Shown here: positions 12,381 to 25,600 of the stretch, in pieces | Layout of the letters: every line of letters begins with the position of its first letter | Numbering within the stretch: the first letter of the stretch is position 1 | NCBI GenBank assembly: GCA_028534125.1 | Contig: CM052816.1 | Coordinates: forward strand, 18,726,001 to 18,790,000 | Reading direction: 5' to 3' | Source of the DNA: Lama glama | Lineage: Eukaryota | DNA length: 64,000 nucleotides | Position numbers and translations under genes: made by a program | Notes under the pieces: generated by a model | What the model was told of the DNA's origin: nothing | The model's input: only the letters and a program-made list of their open reading frames with translations | Database searches by the model: none

Positions 12381-13094
12381 AAACTCCTTGATGTGAAAAA
12401 GAATGGTCTCTGAGCTGACAGAGTCCCGGTGGCGGCTATGGTAGTGAGGGATTCCTGGAGTGGAGGGAGGTCTCCAAACCCCCCAAATGGCAGACCAAAG
12501 AACAACCAATCCTAGTGCCTCAGGAGGCTTGTCTACTTAACAGATATTCCTCTCCATCCCTCCTAAGAGTCAACCGGTCTCACCCCACTGTCACAGACCC
12601 CTTCACAACAGTCACCTCTGTAGAGCAAAAGGACATCAAGTCACTCCTCCAGCCTCCTTATTTCAGATGACAAGTCTCCAAGTGTGAGCCATGACCCACG
12701 TGGCACAGGACGGTCCTCACAGCAGGCAGAGAATGGATCCAAAACTACCTTGTCTTTCTTCCATTCTGACTTGGGGATGCCCCCAAAGTCCAAGGACGTC
12801 TAGTTTCCCTATCATAAAGGCTGCTTTACTGAATAATCACAGAGTTACAAGGGGCTACTAAAACTAGGCACCATTGTCACTATTTCACTCCTTTACTATC
12901 ACTGAATTCTCCCATAGAACAGTGGGAAACAGGTTTCAGTAAGACTGTTTGGGAGTGGGTACTCCACGTAGCCAGCACCCATGGGGACTGGAGACATCCC
13001 TCAGCCCTGGGAAAAGGTGCTCCTCCTGCTGCTGGTGGAAATCTGTGAGATAACCCAACTTTCCAGGGCTGTGTGGGATTTTTTCCTCTTTGTT

Positions 13095-13240
13095 CAAGTT
13101 TGTATTTATATGAGACAATGGATGTTTGTTAAATATATTGTGGTAATAATTTCATGATATGTGTAAGTCAAATCATTATGCTATACACCTTAAACATCTA
13201 CAGTGCTATATGTCAATTATCTAAACAAAACTGGGAAAAA
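13095..13240 (+). mobile_element. L1M 3' terminal fragment
   Basis: aatcattatgctatacaccttaaac...tatatgtcaattatct...aaaactgggaaaaaa. Confidence 0.8.
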
Positions 13241-13249
13241 AGACAATGA

Positions 13250-14975
13250 GGTGAGACTCCTAGGAAGATGGCAGAGTAGGAATCTGTCTCCACACCTAGA
13301 CAGCTATTATACTGACATAATCTGTCAGATGTATATTAGATGTTCTAATTATATTAGAACTCTGGAGTTTACGGAAGGGTTTGGGCAGTGGTTAATTTTG
13401 GTCAATCTCAGCTCTTAGCATAGTAGCAGCTACCATCCCCTATCCCAAGCCCTTTCGAAGGCAGTTGTGCACATGTTCCTGGAACAATCTGCACACAGCC
13501 TGTGGGAGCCAGTGTGGGCAATGAGAACCTTGTCCTCCAAATACTGAACATCTGTTTTCTGGTCACTGGTTGCTGTTTCTGATCACAAAGTGCAAAGAGG
13601 AGGGCAGTCATTTTTGTTTAACCTCTTACCGTTTTGCAAGCCCTTCTCCTCTGGCTGAAGTGACTTCCAGGGAATTTAAATGGATGGTGTCCCTTTCCCC
13701 TCCCTTCATTTTTCTCTTTTTCCTCTTTTGGGAGCCAGACATTAAAGACTAGCACATTCCAAACCAATGCATAATTGGGGAAAATTAGAAGGTGTCTGTG
13801 CATGTGCAGGGAAAGGCATAGGCTCAGAAAAGACCTGAGAAAACCTTAAGTTTACACCTTGAGTTGATCTTTGGGACAGAGAAAGCCTACAACAACAAAA
13901 ACAATAAAAATAAAATCCACTGAAAAAGAGGGAAAATCTAAAATCCATAGTTACCAGATTATTAGATTCAAATGTCTTGTTTTCAACAACAACAAAAAAT
14001 CACAAGGCGTATAAAGAAACAGGCAAGTATGGTCTATTCAAAGAAAACTCAACAATTTCCCTCCAAAAGACCTGATAGCATATCTACTTGACAAAGACTT
14101 TAAAACATCCTTCTTAGATTCTTGAAAAACTGAAAACAGATGTGGAGAAGGTAAAAAAAAATGATATGTGAACAAAATGGAAATATTAATAAATAAATAG
14201 GAAACCCAGAAAGAAATCAAACAGAAATTCTGGAGCTGAGAAGTATGGAATGAAAAACTGAAAAAATTCACTAGAAGGATACAATGATTTATTAGAGCAG
14301 GCAGAAGAAAGAATTAGCAAACTTTGAATATAAGACTACGGAAATTATTGAGTCTGAGGTACAGAAAGAAAAAACATCGAAGAAAAGTGAACAGAGCCTA
14401 AGGGACTTGTGGGAAACTATACGTATTGTAAGAGTCCAAGAAGGAGAAGAGATAGGGGCAGAGAGAATATCTGAAGTAACAACGGCTGAAAACTTTCCAA
14501 ATTTGATGAAAGACGTAACTATAAACATCAAAGAAGGTCAATGAACTCCAAGTGAGGTGAACTCAGAGACCTATACCAACACACATTATAATAGACTTTT
14601 GAAAGGCAAAGAGAGAATCTTGAAAGTGGTAAGAGAGAAGTGACTCATTACACACAAAGGTTCCTCAAAAGACTTTCAGCAGATTACTCAATAGAAACTT
14701 TAGAGACCAGAAGGCAATGGGCTAATACATTCAAAGTGCTAACAGGAAAAAAAAAAAACCTGTCAACCAAGAATCTTATAACCAGAAAAACTATCTTTTA
14801 AAACTGAGGGAGAAATTAAGACATTCCCAGATAAACAAAAGCTGAGAGAATTCATTTACCACTAGATCTACCCTGCAAAATATGCTCAAGGGAGTCCTGC
14901 AGGTTGAAATACAATCACTAGACAGTAACTTGAAGCTGTATGAAGAAATAAAGATCTCAGTAAAAGTAAATATAT
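13250..14975 (+). mobile_element. L1 5' UTR plus degenerate ORF1
   Basis: ggaagatggcagagtagg start; ORF1-like gaaattctggagctgag, gcagaagaaagaattag, caaccaagaatcttataaccag, gagaaattaagacattcccagataaac. Confidence 0.85.
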
Positions 14976-15320
14976 GGGGAGAGTGACATCAGTATTATGG
15001 CAGCACGAGATGGCCCATGTTTTGTCCCCAACAACAAAAATTCAGCATCCATCCATGAACAAAAGTGCCTCTGTGGGAGTTGTGGATCCAGCACCGCACA
15101 CCAAGGGGCCCAACAGGAGTCATGTCCACCTGTGCATCAGGTAATAGGCAGACAGATCCTCTGTACTGGCAGTAAAAACTGCAGTGGCCTGTGAACTGGT
15201 TCCAGCCACCCTTGGCTGTAGTCCAGGAGCACCTGGGGAACACTGACTTGGATAGTCACACACAGATGAGAGAGTGTGGAAGTCCAGATTTCCAGAGGAG
15301 AAGTTTCAGTACCCCATTGG
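14976..15320 (+). mobile_element. Second L1 5' end fragment (different subfamily)
   Basis: ggggagagtgacatcagtattatggcag, an L1 5'-terminus pattern. Confidence 0.55.
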
Positions 15321-15321
15321 A

Positions 15322-15485
15322 GAAGAAAGAAAGAAGGAAAGGAGGAAAGAAAGAAGGAAAGAAAGAAAGGAAGGAAGGAAGAAAGAAGGAAGGAAGAAAG
15401 ATAGGAAGGAAGGAAGGAAGGAAGGAAGGAAGGAAGGAAGGAAGGAAGGAAGGAAGGAAGGAAGGAAGGAAGGAAGGGAAAAGAA
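15322..15485. repeat. (GAAG)n / GA-rich microsatellite
   Basis: Direct reading. Confidence 0.96.
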
Positions 15486-16539
15486 AATGCTTTTGGATGC
15501 ACTGGAGCGGGCAGTTATACTAACTGGAAGGCTTGTGATGAGGCAGCCATGCAAGAAAAGGTCCAGAGCTCAGTAGTAACATTAATACTATTTAAACTAC
15601 TACCACTACTATGTGAAAGATAAATGGTTAACTCTTTCCAAAAGCGTATGTGTTATGCATTAAACTGCACACTAATTTAATTTAACCTACAAATATCCCT
15701 GCTGTTCATGGTAGGGATGATTATTGTCACTGGAGAAACTGAAGCCCAGAGAGGTGAAGTTTGCCTGGATTCCCCAGCTCACAAGTAGCCAGGCCTGGCT
15801 TTGAACTCAAGTCTGCTGACTATAGAGGCATGCCAAGAAAGGTGGGGCCCATTCAAGGAAGAGCAAGCATGAGGGTGCTAGGGGGTGTCATGGGAGACAA
15901 GACAGATGTGGATGAATTCATTTAGAACCCTGGACACCAGATGTGGAAATCTGATCTTCATTCTGGGACAGTTTAGAGTCAAGAAGAGGCTTGGGTTGAG
16001 GACCAGCCCTTCGAGTTCCAGGAGGAGAAAAGAGGAGAAGAGGGACAAGGCCAGGCTGGAAGCTGCCTCAATAGCCGAGACCAGAGATGACTGGACTGGC
16101 ATGGGTTGGAAAGCAGAAGGCAGATCAAGGAACTGGAACTTATGAGATGTGATGACCACCACAGAGGTGGTTCTGTGACTTCTCACTTGGAGGAGGGGAG
16201 AGGGGGAGACACTGAGCAGGGAGTGAGGAAGGAGCTTCCTGCCTACCTGATGAGGAGGAAAGCTTTGGTGACACAGATAGCAGAAGGGGTCTGCCAGGCA
16301 CCAGCTAAGTGACCTCGGGTTGGTTACCAGTCCTCCCTGAACCTGTCAGGTGGAGAGCACACCCAGTTCTTCTACCAGCCCAAAGCAAGGTCTGGAATAG
16401 ACAAGGCTTTCTTGTAGTGCTTGATAAGTGGTAACGACCAGGACCTCAATTCCCTTCTCCGTAATCTCATAGCCCCCAGATGTCTGACCCTGACTTCCAG
16501 GGACTGACACTGACCCCACACGAGTGCTTTGGGGCTTAC

Positions 16540-16673
16540 TTTAAGACCTTCCTTCTGGTAACTCTGGGAGATACAGTCCAGGACACCTTTGTATTTGTTC
16601 ACATAAACCCCATCAGCTTGCATTCGACTCTTCACAACATCCATAGGAGTTGCTGTCCCCCAGGAAATTGCTC
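16540..16673 (-). CDS. SLC25A48: SLC25A48 exon 6
   Basis: ctctctctttacag| AISWGTATPMDVVKSRMQADGVYVNKYKGVLDCISQSYQKEGLK |gtaagc; 134 nt; third signature PMDVVKSR. Confidence 0.97.
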
Positions 16674-16829
16674 CTGTAAAGAGAGAGACAAGTAGGTATC
16701 AGGGGCTGGTCGGGGTTTGCAGTGGACCTGGCTCCCTGCAGATTTCTGCCATTCGAAGGCTGGACAAGCTGCTGGGGAACGTGGAAAGAGCTCAGGGTCA
16801 GGACCTATGAATGGGGCCCTAATCATCCC

Positions 16830-17000
16830 TCGCCACTTGCTGTGAGACTCTGCAGAAGTCTCCTGCCTCCTCGGGGCCTTGGGCTTGTCATCTATAAAAT
16901 GGGCCAGCAGTACCTATCTGGGGGTGCTGTGAGGACAAATAAACTGATGCACGTGCAGCATTTAGCACCGTGCCAGAACCACAGCCAGTGTTTCCTAAGT
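16830..17000 (+). mobile_element. MIR SINE
   Basis: cacttgctgtgagact...gtcatctataaaatggg...gtgaggacaaataa. Confidence 0.65.
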
Positions 17001-18504
17001 GGAAGCCTTTATTAGCAGTTTTTACTGGGGGAACAGGAACAGGAACAGACCCTACAGTGCTTTGCAGCATCTTTCTGAGCACACGAGAGGGAGCCCAGGG
17101 TGAGGCCTGAGGCTGGAGGCTGGCAGCTCTCCACAGGCAAGATTTACTCTGAACGTGGAAATGCTAAACAAACACTTGCAGGTAGACTGCTTGCCAAGGA
17201 AGCGCCAGCCTAGGGATGGCAGAGAAGAGCAGGGGCAGGTCTTTAAAAAGCTCTTATCTTCCCCAGTGATGTGGAATAGAAGCCTTGGGACCAGGTGTCA
17301 CTGGGTCATCCTCATCGGAAAAGCCCAGGCGCCCCGGTTTGAGAACTTTTATGACTTTAAAGAACTCTAAGAAAACAACACCAGGTTATTGTGTAAACAC
17401 AGACATTGGCGCATTCTTTGATGGGGAGAGAAAAACAGACTGATGCCAAAGTCCAAGGCAGCTGGTTTGTAAGGTTTTGTAACTGCTGCGCAGCAGCTCC
17501 CAAAAGAGACCCTAGCCCGTCCCAGCTCTCTGCCCATCCCGGCCTCCTGCCCCGGTCCTCTGGGGTCCCTCTGGACCTCTCCTTCCTCCTGCCACTTTCC
17601 CTGAAGTTGGCCCACAGGCTGCCCTTGCACACACCCTTGTTTCTCAGCCCATGGGTGAGAGAATTACAAAACCAGGTTTGCCTGCCAGGCCACACATACC
17701 TGCTCTTATCAGAAATGAGAGCAGCTGGGATGTTGCTCTAATTCTCCACCAATGAGTGCTTACTGGGAGCCGGTACAGGCCAGGTCTCAGGCACGTGATG
17801 GAAGGGAAAACACTGGGGTTTGGTGGCTAAGATGTGGGCTTTGTTACGTGTTTGCTAAGATTCAAGCACAGTTGCTCATGGTGATGAGGAGGAGGAATGA
17901 CAATTTTCTTCTCTCTAGCCGATCTTTCCCAACAAACATGCCATGCTGTCAGCCTTCTTAAGAAGCAATCCTCTCTTGACTTCTGTACCTCTCTCTGGCT
18001 ATAGCTGCAGTTCTCTCTTCCCCATTATAGCACGGCCAAATCCCTCGGGTGAAGGGTTGTGTGTACTTGGGTTCTCCAATTTCTTCCATCCCATTCTCTC
18101 TTGATCCTACTTCAGTTAGGTTTTCACACCCTTTTTGTCATCAAAATGGTTCTTGTCAAAGTCCCTGATGATCTACGCACTGCTTAACCCAAGCGGCAGC
18201 AATAGCAGTACAAAGGCCCTGTGGTGGGGAGAGAGCAGCACACTCAAGCTGCAGCAGAGACCACTGTGGTTGGAGCAGAGCAAGTAAGAGGGCGGTAGCA
18301 GAAAATGAATGCAGAAGGGTAACAGGCAGAGGGCCCTGAAACCATTGCATGGTCATTGACTTTTACTCTAAGTAAAATGGGGATGCAGCTGGGTTCTGAG
18401 TAGGGAGGTTATAGTTGGACCCCCAGTTCAGGGTCACAAAATGACTAAGTGTGATTTGAACCTGGATCTTTCTGACTGCAGAGTCCCAGCTATAGTGTCT
18501 GCAC

Positions 18505-18660
18505 TAGCTGTGTGACCTTGGGTTGGTAACTTAATCTCTTTGAAGCTGAATTTTCTCATCTGAAAAATGGGGAGACTGATTCCTACCTCAAGGCGCTAAT
18601 GAAATCCTCACATTAGAAAGGTTTGCAGGGTGCCAACATTCAACAAAGGTGGATCGTGTT
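18505..18660 (+). mobile_element. MIR SINE
   Basis: ctagctgtgtgaccttggg...ttttctcatctgaaaaatgggg. Confidence 0.75.
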
Positions 18661-18979
18661 AACAGATTTTCTTTTCAAAGCTCAGTGATACCTGGAACAA
18701 TGTGAGTCATAAAATATATCTTCCAACTGAAAGCTTAATGAGTCCCAATAGGGACTCAGAGGGAAGGGAATAGGAGGAAGAGAGGGGACCGTCCCCCATT
18801 CCCAGACCTTCCTCTGCCTGGTTAGGTCTGGCACCTAACAGGTATTGAACAAAGTATTGTGGGATGAGTGGCTGGGTGAATCCTGCCCTTCCCTGGGGCT
18901 GAGAAGGGCATAGTAGGCTCCCCAGCTGTCTCTCAGTGGTGGTCAGCACAGGGTCAGGGATCAGCCGCACTGTCCTTAC

Positions 18980-19237
18980 CTGCCATGCCACCTGCCAGCC
19001 ACACAGCACAGGGGCTGGGGCCTGCACGGGCATCGGGCGTGATCCAATCACTCAGGAACACATAGGGGATGAAGTAGAGGCAGTAGCCTGGGACGTCCCT
19101 CAGCAGCATGGCACTGGCGCCCCGGTACAGCCCTGCCAGGCCTTCGGTTCTCACGATGGTTGCGATGCAATGCACAGGCCCTTGATAGGCTGGCTGCTCC
19201 CCAAGAGCTGCCACCCGGGGCTTCACTCCAAGGCTGG
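18980..19237 (-). CDS. SLC25A48: SLC25A48 exon 5
   Basis: cctgtccttgcag| SLGVKPRVAALGEQPAYQGPVHC...GLYRGASAMLLRDVPGY...WLAGGMA |gtaagg; 258 nt. Confidence 0.97.
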
Positions 19238-19621
19238 CTGCAAGGACAGGGTGAAAAGATGGCAAGTGACCTGGGGTCAAGAGCCAGGCCATTCTCTGGC
19301 ACTGGAGTCAGTCCAGCCCATTGACAGTTCCCACTCACGTCACCAGTTGATTTTTTACCAAACCTTCTGACCTTCTTGGCAGCTCAGATGCAGATTCTGA
19401 AGTCCCAACAGGGAGCCCCTGCCAGCACGTGCAGCCAGATGGGAGACAGTCCCAGCCAGGAGATAAAGCAACCAATGCCTCAGAATACCCCAAGGTTCCC
19501 GGTCAACCATCACTATGTCCTTCTGTAGGACATTTTGTGTGACTGCAGAATGCCTAAGATCAAATACGATGAGCCAAGCCCAGCTCCTTCTTGAAGCAGA
19601 AGCTCGAAAATCTAACACACT

Positions 19622-19628
19622 CTGTGTG

Positions 19629-19660
<32 letters not shown>
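19622..19660. repeat. (TG)n microsatellite
   Basis: Direct reading. Confidence 0.95.
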
Positions 19661-19661
<1 letters not shown>

Positions 19662-19807
19662 ACTTGGGCACAGCGTGGTGAAAAAAAAGTATATGAGATT
19701 TGGACCCAGATTGTCCTGGTTCCAAATCCTGGCACTGCTTACCAATTTTCTGACCTTGGTAGGTATCTTTTCTACCTGTGTTTTCTTACCTTTAAAAAGA
19801 GGACCGA

Positions 19808-20045
19808 CCAATACTGTATTGTATACTTGAAAGTTGCTAAGAAAGTAGATGTTAAATGTTCTACACACACACACGCACACACACACACACACACAAAGTG
19901 GTAACTATGTGAAGTGATGGATTTATTAAATAACCATATCTCAGTAATAATTTCACTGTACATACACACATCAAATCATTGCATTGTGAGCCTTAAACTT
20001 ACACAGTGTTATATGTCAAGTGTATTTCAATAAAGCTGGAAAATT
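19808..20045 (+). mobile_element. L1M 3' end with internal (CA)n
   Basis: aatactgtattgtatacttgaaagttgctaag...ggtaactatgtgaagtgatgg...caataaagctggaaaa. Confidence 0.85.
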
Positions 20046-21691
20046 ATATTTTTTAAATAAAAACAAGAGCAGACGGTTGTGAGTATCCATAAGGTAATAC
20101 CCATAAAGAGCTCAGCATGGTGCTAGGAACACTGTAGGGGTGCACTAAGTTGTCACCAGATGATACTGGGACCGAGCTGATTGGTGTGAATCAGGTGCAG
20201 GATGCACTGGCTGGCGGGCTGGACATGTTCTCACTCACTCCAGCCCTGGCCAGGCTGTGCCCTGGAACAGCTGTAGGGCAGCACCAGTGCCACTGGCCCC
20301 TCAGAGTCCTGGGGCACAGGGGGCTGTCTCCTTGTCTGACCTCTGGAGTCTTTGCTGACAGATCATGGGTTATTATGTCAGTAGCTTCTTCTCAGGATGT
20401 ATGCAACCAGCAAGTAGTGACTCAGTCTGTCCCTCTAATCCTTCCACCTGGCTCCCTCCACCTCTGCCTTTGATGCTCACCTAGTTTGCTACGGACCCTT
20501 TAGCACAGCTTTAACTTGTGGCCAGAGACCTCTTAGTCCCACTGCAGGTCAAGTGTACTTGTATTCTCAACTTTCCCTTCTTGAAGAACTAACATGACAT
20601 GACCAGGACTGATCCAGAATGAAGCGTGCCTGTGATCACATGCCCATTTTGCCACCTGGGTTTAATTCCATGTAAGCATCCTCTCAACTGGGTTTTACAT
20701 ACAGGCTGTATTAAAGACCTGCTGGCTAAAAGACAGACCACTTCCATTATATAGTTGAACTTCCAAGTCCCCACAATAGCCCCAGCTTGACCAGATGAAG
20801 GTCAGGGGAAAATACTAAGCTTCATGATGCCACAATCCAAGCTGGAGTTTTTAAGAGTAAAGTACAACCTGTCCTTTTCACTCATCCCAGAAGGAGACGA
20901 GGCCAAGGGGGGAGGTTTCTATTTGCTTGGGAAGTATGCCTGAAGAAACGAACCCTCTATTTACTTTCTGCGTCGGGGAAAGAGGGACATCATGGCCATG
21001 TGCATTAGGCCAACTACAGCGTGGGCGGGAGGCTGAGTCCCGTTCACCGGTACAGTGGATCCTGCAGGCAGTGAGCAGGGGTGGTGGCCACTTCTGGGGG
21101 CACAGGGGCCTCTGAGCTCAGAGCAAGATCAGACATTATGGTCTTTGAGAGCCCAGTGGGAGGTCACTGAACACCCCTTCCTCTCCCAAATCCACTATGA
21201 TACAGCCAGGGTCATCCTGGGAAATTCTGACATTAGACCAAACAGATATAATTGTCCCAACATATAAACCTTGCCTGGGCCATGCTCATGTTGAAGTAAC
21301 AGTGATCTATCCCAGGAGCCAAGGTTTTCACGAATCAGCTACGGGTATGATGTAGCTTTCAGAAGTTACTGATTATAGGAGAGTGTCCTGATAACATTCT
21401 GCTTGTTTGGAGGTACAGATGTTGAAAAAACTACTTGTCCAAACTCCAACTGGCTTTGTCAACAAAAACCTGTACTTTTTTCCTTTTCTTTTCAGGATAA
21501 GCAAGAAGGAAATTCTCTCACACTCTCTCAAGGTTGTAACATTAAGCAATCTATCTTTTATTGACTGAAAATGATCCACTTATGACTATTACTGCAATGT
21601 AATTGTCACGGAACTGGTGGCCAGGGCCTTCTAGACACAAGTTGATAATGTGAAGCCCTTGGAATGCCTTCCAGCTCCCTCATTCCACAAT

Positions 21692-22600
21692 ATTTTTTAA
21701 AAAACTTTTTATTTGGAAATTTCAATTTTTTTTAAAAGTGCAAAAAAGGAAAATTGTACATAGAACACATTGACCCAGATTCACCTACTTTTACCTCATT
21801 TGTTTTCTGGTTTGTACGCTCTCTCCCTCCCTCCCCCACCCCCTTCTCATTGAAACGTGTGTATGCAATTAAACTGAACAGATGCCACTGTCCCAGTGCA
21901 AAAACTTGGCCTGGGCCGTGTTCATCTCCAGGTAATAGTGACCTGACGTGGAGTCAAGGTTTTCATGAATCAGCCGTGGGTTTGAAGTGGCTTTCAGGAA
22001 TCACTGATACAAGGAGAACGTCTGATAAAACTGGAAAAAGGCCTGCCAGACCGTGAACTGGCTTTGTCATCAAGCCCCAAACCAGAACCAAACCTGTGCT
22101 TTCAGTCTTTTTTTCCCCAAGATAAGCAATAAGGAAATTCTTTTTCACACACATACATACATCATTTTGTTTTCCAAGCCATTTCAGGGTGAATTACATA
22201 CAAAATGGCCCTGTACCCCTAAATACTTCAGTCTGTGTTTCCTAAGAATCAGGATGCTGTCTTACAGGCCATAGGGCAGTTTCTGGCTTCATAATCTACA
22301 TGGACAATACTTGTGTCTAAGGCACTGCCTATGCTCGCACTGTCACTTGATCTCATTGTGACCTTTAGAGTGATCCTCCCCCACCCCGGGACAGGATCCA
22401 GCCTATCAGGTATTGTATTTAGGTGTCCTGTCTCTTTAGCGTCCTTTCGTCTAGAGCATTTCCACAGCCTTTCTTTGTTTTTTATGACAGGAACTTTTTT
22501 TTAAGAGTACACCAACCCCCTTCTTGTTAATTGAATGTTCCTTACCTGGGCTTTGTTGAGTGTGTCCTTGCTGTTACACTAAGACGATGCCTTCTTGGCT
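21692..22600 (-). mobile_element. L1MC-like 3' fragment, interrupted at about 21855-22150
   Basis: ttttatttggaaat...acccagattcacc, resuming as acccctaaatacttcagtctgtgtttcctaagaa. Confidence 0.7.
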
Positions 22601-25600
22601 GGACCTCTTCTCCACTCTGTTCTTAAGTCTCACCTCTTTTCCCAGGAGGACCATCACTCTCAAGAGCCCCTGTCTTCTCTGGCCCCCCACACTTGTTTTT
22701 CTTAGTTTGTTTTTAACTGAGGTATAATTTACATTCTATCAAACATGTAGCTTGTAAGTGCACAGTTGGTGAGTTTTGACCGTGGCATGCACCAGTCACC
22801 ACATCCTACTGAGAAAATGACATCTTACACTTGAAGTAAACTGTGTTTGTGGGTCACTGTTCACTCAGGCAGAGCAAAGATCCCAAGCCTACTGACCCTC
22901 TCCTGCTTTTCAAGGTAAAGGGGTTCTGTGACATCAGTGATGGGTCACTCGGTGAGAACCCAATCTCTCTTAGGCGATGGCTGTTACAGGCTCATCTACT
23001 GTAGTAAGATAGTGGTATGAACGATTCATAAGGGACCACAAAACAGAAGACAGCAGGAATTCCTATCAGTTGCTCAGACCACAGATGCTCTGTGGCTCAG
23101 CGGGGGAAGGTGTGGCCTGGGGGGCTCTCAGCAGCTAGACTTAAAAAAGTGCTGAATCAGAGTTCTCGGTAACTCCAGCAGTGGACCGATTTTATGTAGT
23201 ATAAAACAAATTTTGATGACCCTTAATAACTGACTCGGAAGATTGCTGGCAAGCAGCTCTCGGAAATATGCACGAGTGAGATTTGTGGACTTGTATGTCT
23301 TTGTGCAAGGAACCTGAGGAAGGAGGTGATTACTCCACACACACTGGACAACCAACTCTCAGCCTGTTGTTCCAGAACTTTCAGGGCTTGGGCCTGGGCG
23401 TGTGCACATTCATGTGAAGGGATTCACATTAGGTTTCTTTCTTTCTAGGGTGAAATATATTTAGATTCCCTAGTGAGAATTTTTGGTTCAAAAATAAGGA
23501 TAAAATTATGAATCAAATTTTTATCATTTCTTATCATGAGCACTTTGCCCTTGAGATCATTTCTGGCTGCACTCTCTAAATTAAGAGCCTTTTACAATGA
23601 TAGATATATAACACTCAGAATGCCTGTTTTGATTTTTCTTTCCCAAATTTGATTAGGATCAACTCAAGCCCTCTACACCAAGACTGGCAGGATGTTCAAA
23701 GTTGATAAAATCAGCCCCCACCCTGCTCCTAACCTTCAACTAGGAACAGAAGGAGGCCCAACCAGTTCTAGAGAGACCCCTCCTCCAAGCTCCCATGCCT
23801 CGTCCAGCTGGATCCCTGCCACTGCTCCTTGGACCACATGCTGCGGCTCTCCGGCTCCGCTGTGCTGCACCAGCATTGGTGTCTTGCTTGCCTGGGCCAG
23901 GAGGTCCCTCTGAAGGTAGGTGCCTCTGCAGGTGTCTCTGCAGGGGGTGGGGATTTCTAGGTTTGGCCAGGTCTAATGGGACCTATGTAGCTACCTCCTG
24001 GAGTCCTCCTACCCTAGAGAGGCTGAACTAGCCCAGATATAGACTAAGTTCCCCACAGATCTGCCCCTACTGGCTTTTTGAGAACCCAGCGACCTGCCAC
24101 ACATCCTGCTGCACCCTTCCCAGACACAAACATGAACAAGCTTCATTTCTTTCCTTTCTTGAAAGCAATGCTGTTCAATTTCTTCAATGGGTCATGACCT
24201 TGGAGACAGGAAAGCCAACTGAAACACAATGGCTGATCACTGATCCACTGAGTTAGTAAGGAGGGCCAGCCCTCAGGAACACAAAGGCCTGACCACTCTC
24301 TGTAAGGGGGAGCACCACCAGACCTCCCCTGTGTGCCTGTGCCAGGGTGGGACAGAAACACAACATCATCTCTCAACAGGTCACTTTCTACAGAAAATCC
24401 TTAACAAGTCGGCCATCCACAGAGGGGGACCGGCTGGTCCTGGTCAGTGATTGCAGGCTTACCAAGTGTTCTGTGTTCAAATACGTCTGGGCCAGCAGGC
24501 TCTCAAGTGGAAGGTGGGAGCATGGAGTTATTTCAAGGCACCCACAAATACATAAGCAATATAGATGGACAGAATATCTCACATAAATATGTGACCATTT
24601 TTCTTCCATGTGTAGGTGCTATTGTGGGAACACAGTAAACATTTGCTTATACAAATAATCTGTAGTAGCTTGTTGTCATGGGTTTTTTCTTAATCCATAG
24701 ACACAAAGTAAAGCTGCTGTTTATGGATTGGACTCCATTTTGTATATTTAAAAGGTACTCATAGAAAAAGCTGAGACCCCTAGTCCACGCCAAGGCCGTG
24801 CCCCCTGTTATGGTCTGTCCTGGTTGCTTCTGCTTTCTGAGCAGGAGGTTTTGCTCTGACCCATGCAGTGAGTTTCCTGATGATGGGAGTCACACTCTGG
24901 GGCCTGTCACAGGCACTGTGGCCCTCATGTGCCTCAGCATCTATCCAGGGAAGTCCTGAGCATCTGATTGACAGCTCTAGTGCCAGGGCCTCCCAAAGCT
25001 TCACATCCCACACTCAGCATTCTTCCAAACCCAGCCCTGTCTGGTCCTTGTGCCAGAGGCTATAAATGCTAAAAGATACTTCCAAATCATGGTCTAAGCT
25101 GCTGCACTGGTTTACATGCTACGGAAGCATCCAGAAATGTGGATGTTTGTCCTCCAGCAGCCAGGCTGGGGATAACCTCTGTGGTTTGGGTTTGAGCAGG
25201 CTGGGGGACCCCTCGGTTCACTCCCCCAGGATATTACTAACTGGGAATCTGTGTCCCAGTTCCTACTTCTAATGGGTCCAGCAGTTTCCTCATGGCCTGA
25301 GGGTCTATGATAGGCAGACGCTGAGCAGAAAGAGCCCTGATTAGGAGCAGTTGGGATTTGCTCTGCTGCCCAGTTGCTATTTCCTATACAACTGGGGGCA
25401 AAGGACTCAACTGCATTGGGCCTCAGTTTCCTCATCATCTACACAAGGGGAAGAATTAAGTGGCTTGTCTGCCTCATTTGGCTTCTGTGAAAATTAAGTA
25501 AGAATGCTGGCAAATATACTTTACTAAAATGTGTGCAGTGAAAATGAACTTTATTTTAGGCTAAGAGTTGTCCTTCTTGTCTTGGTTACCTTGTCCTGAA

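Noticed and set aside
15137..15576. ORFs with LPSF or KEGR repeats
   Set aside because: Translations of the (GAAG)n microsatellite
21200..21690. Gypsy integrase or NMD3-like pseudogene reading of the minus strand
   Set aside because: Only scattered residue resemblance across frames with stops; cannot be supported without BLASTx
23128..23355. 75-aa protein-like minus-strand ORF in intron 4
   Set aside because: No recognisable family and no convincing splice borders found
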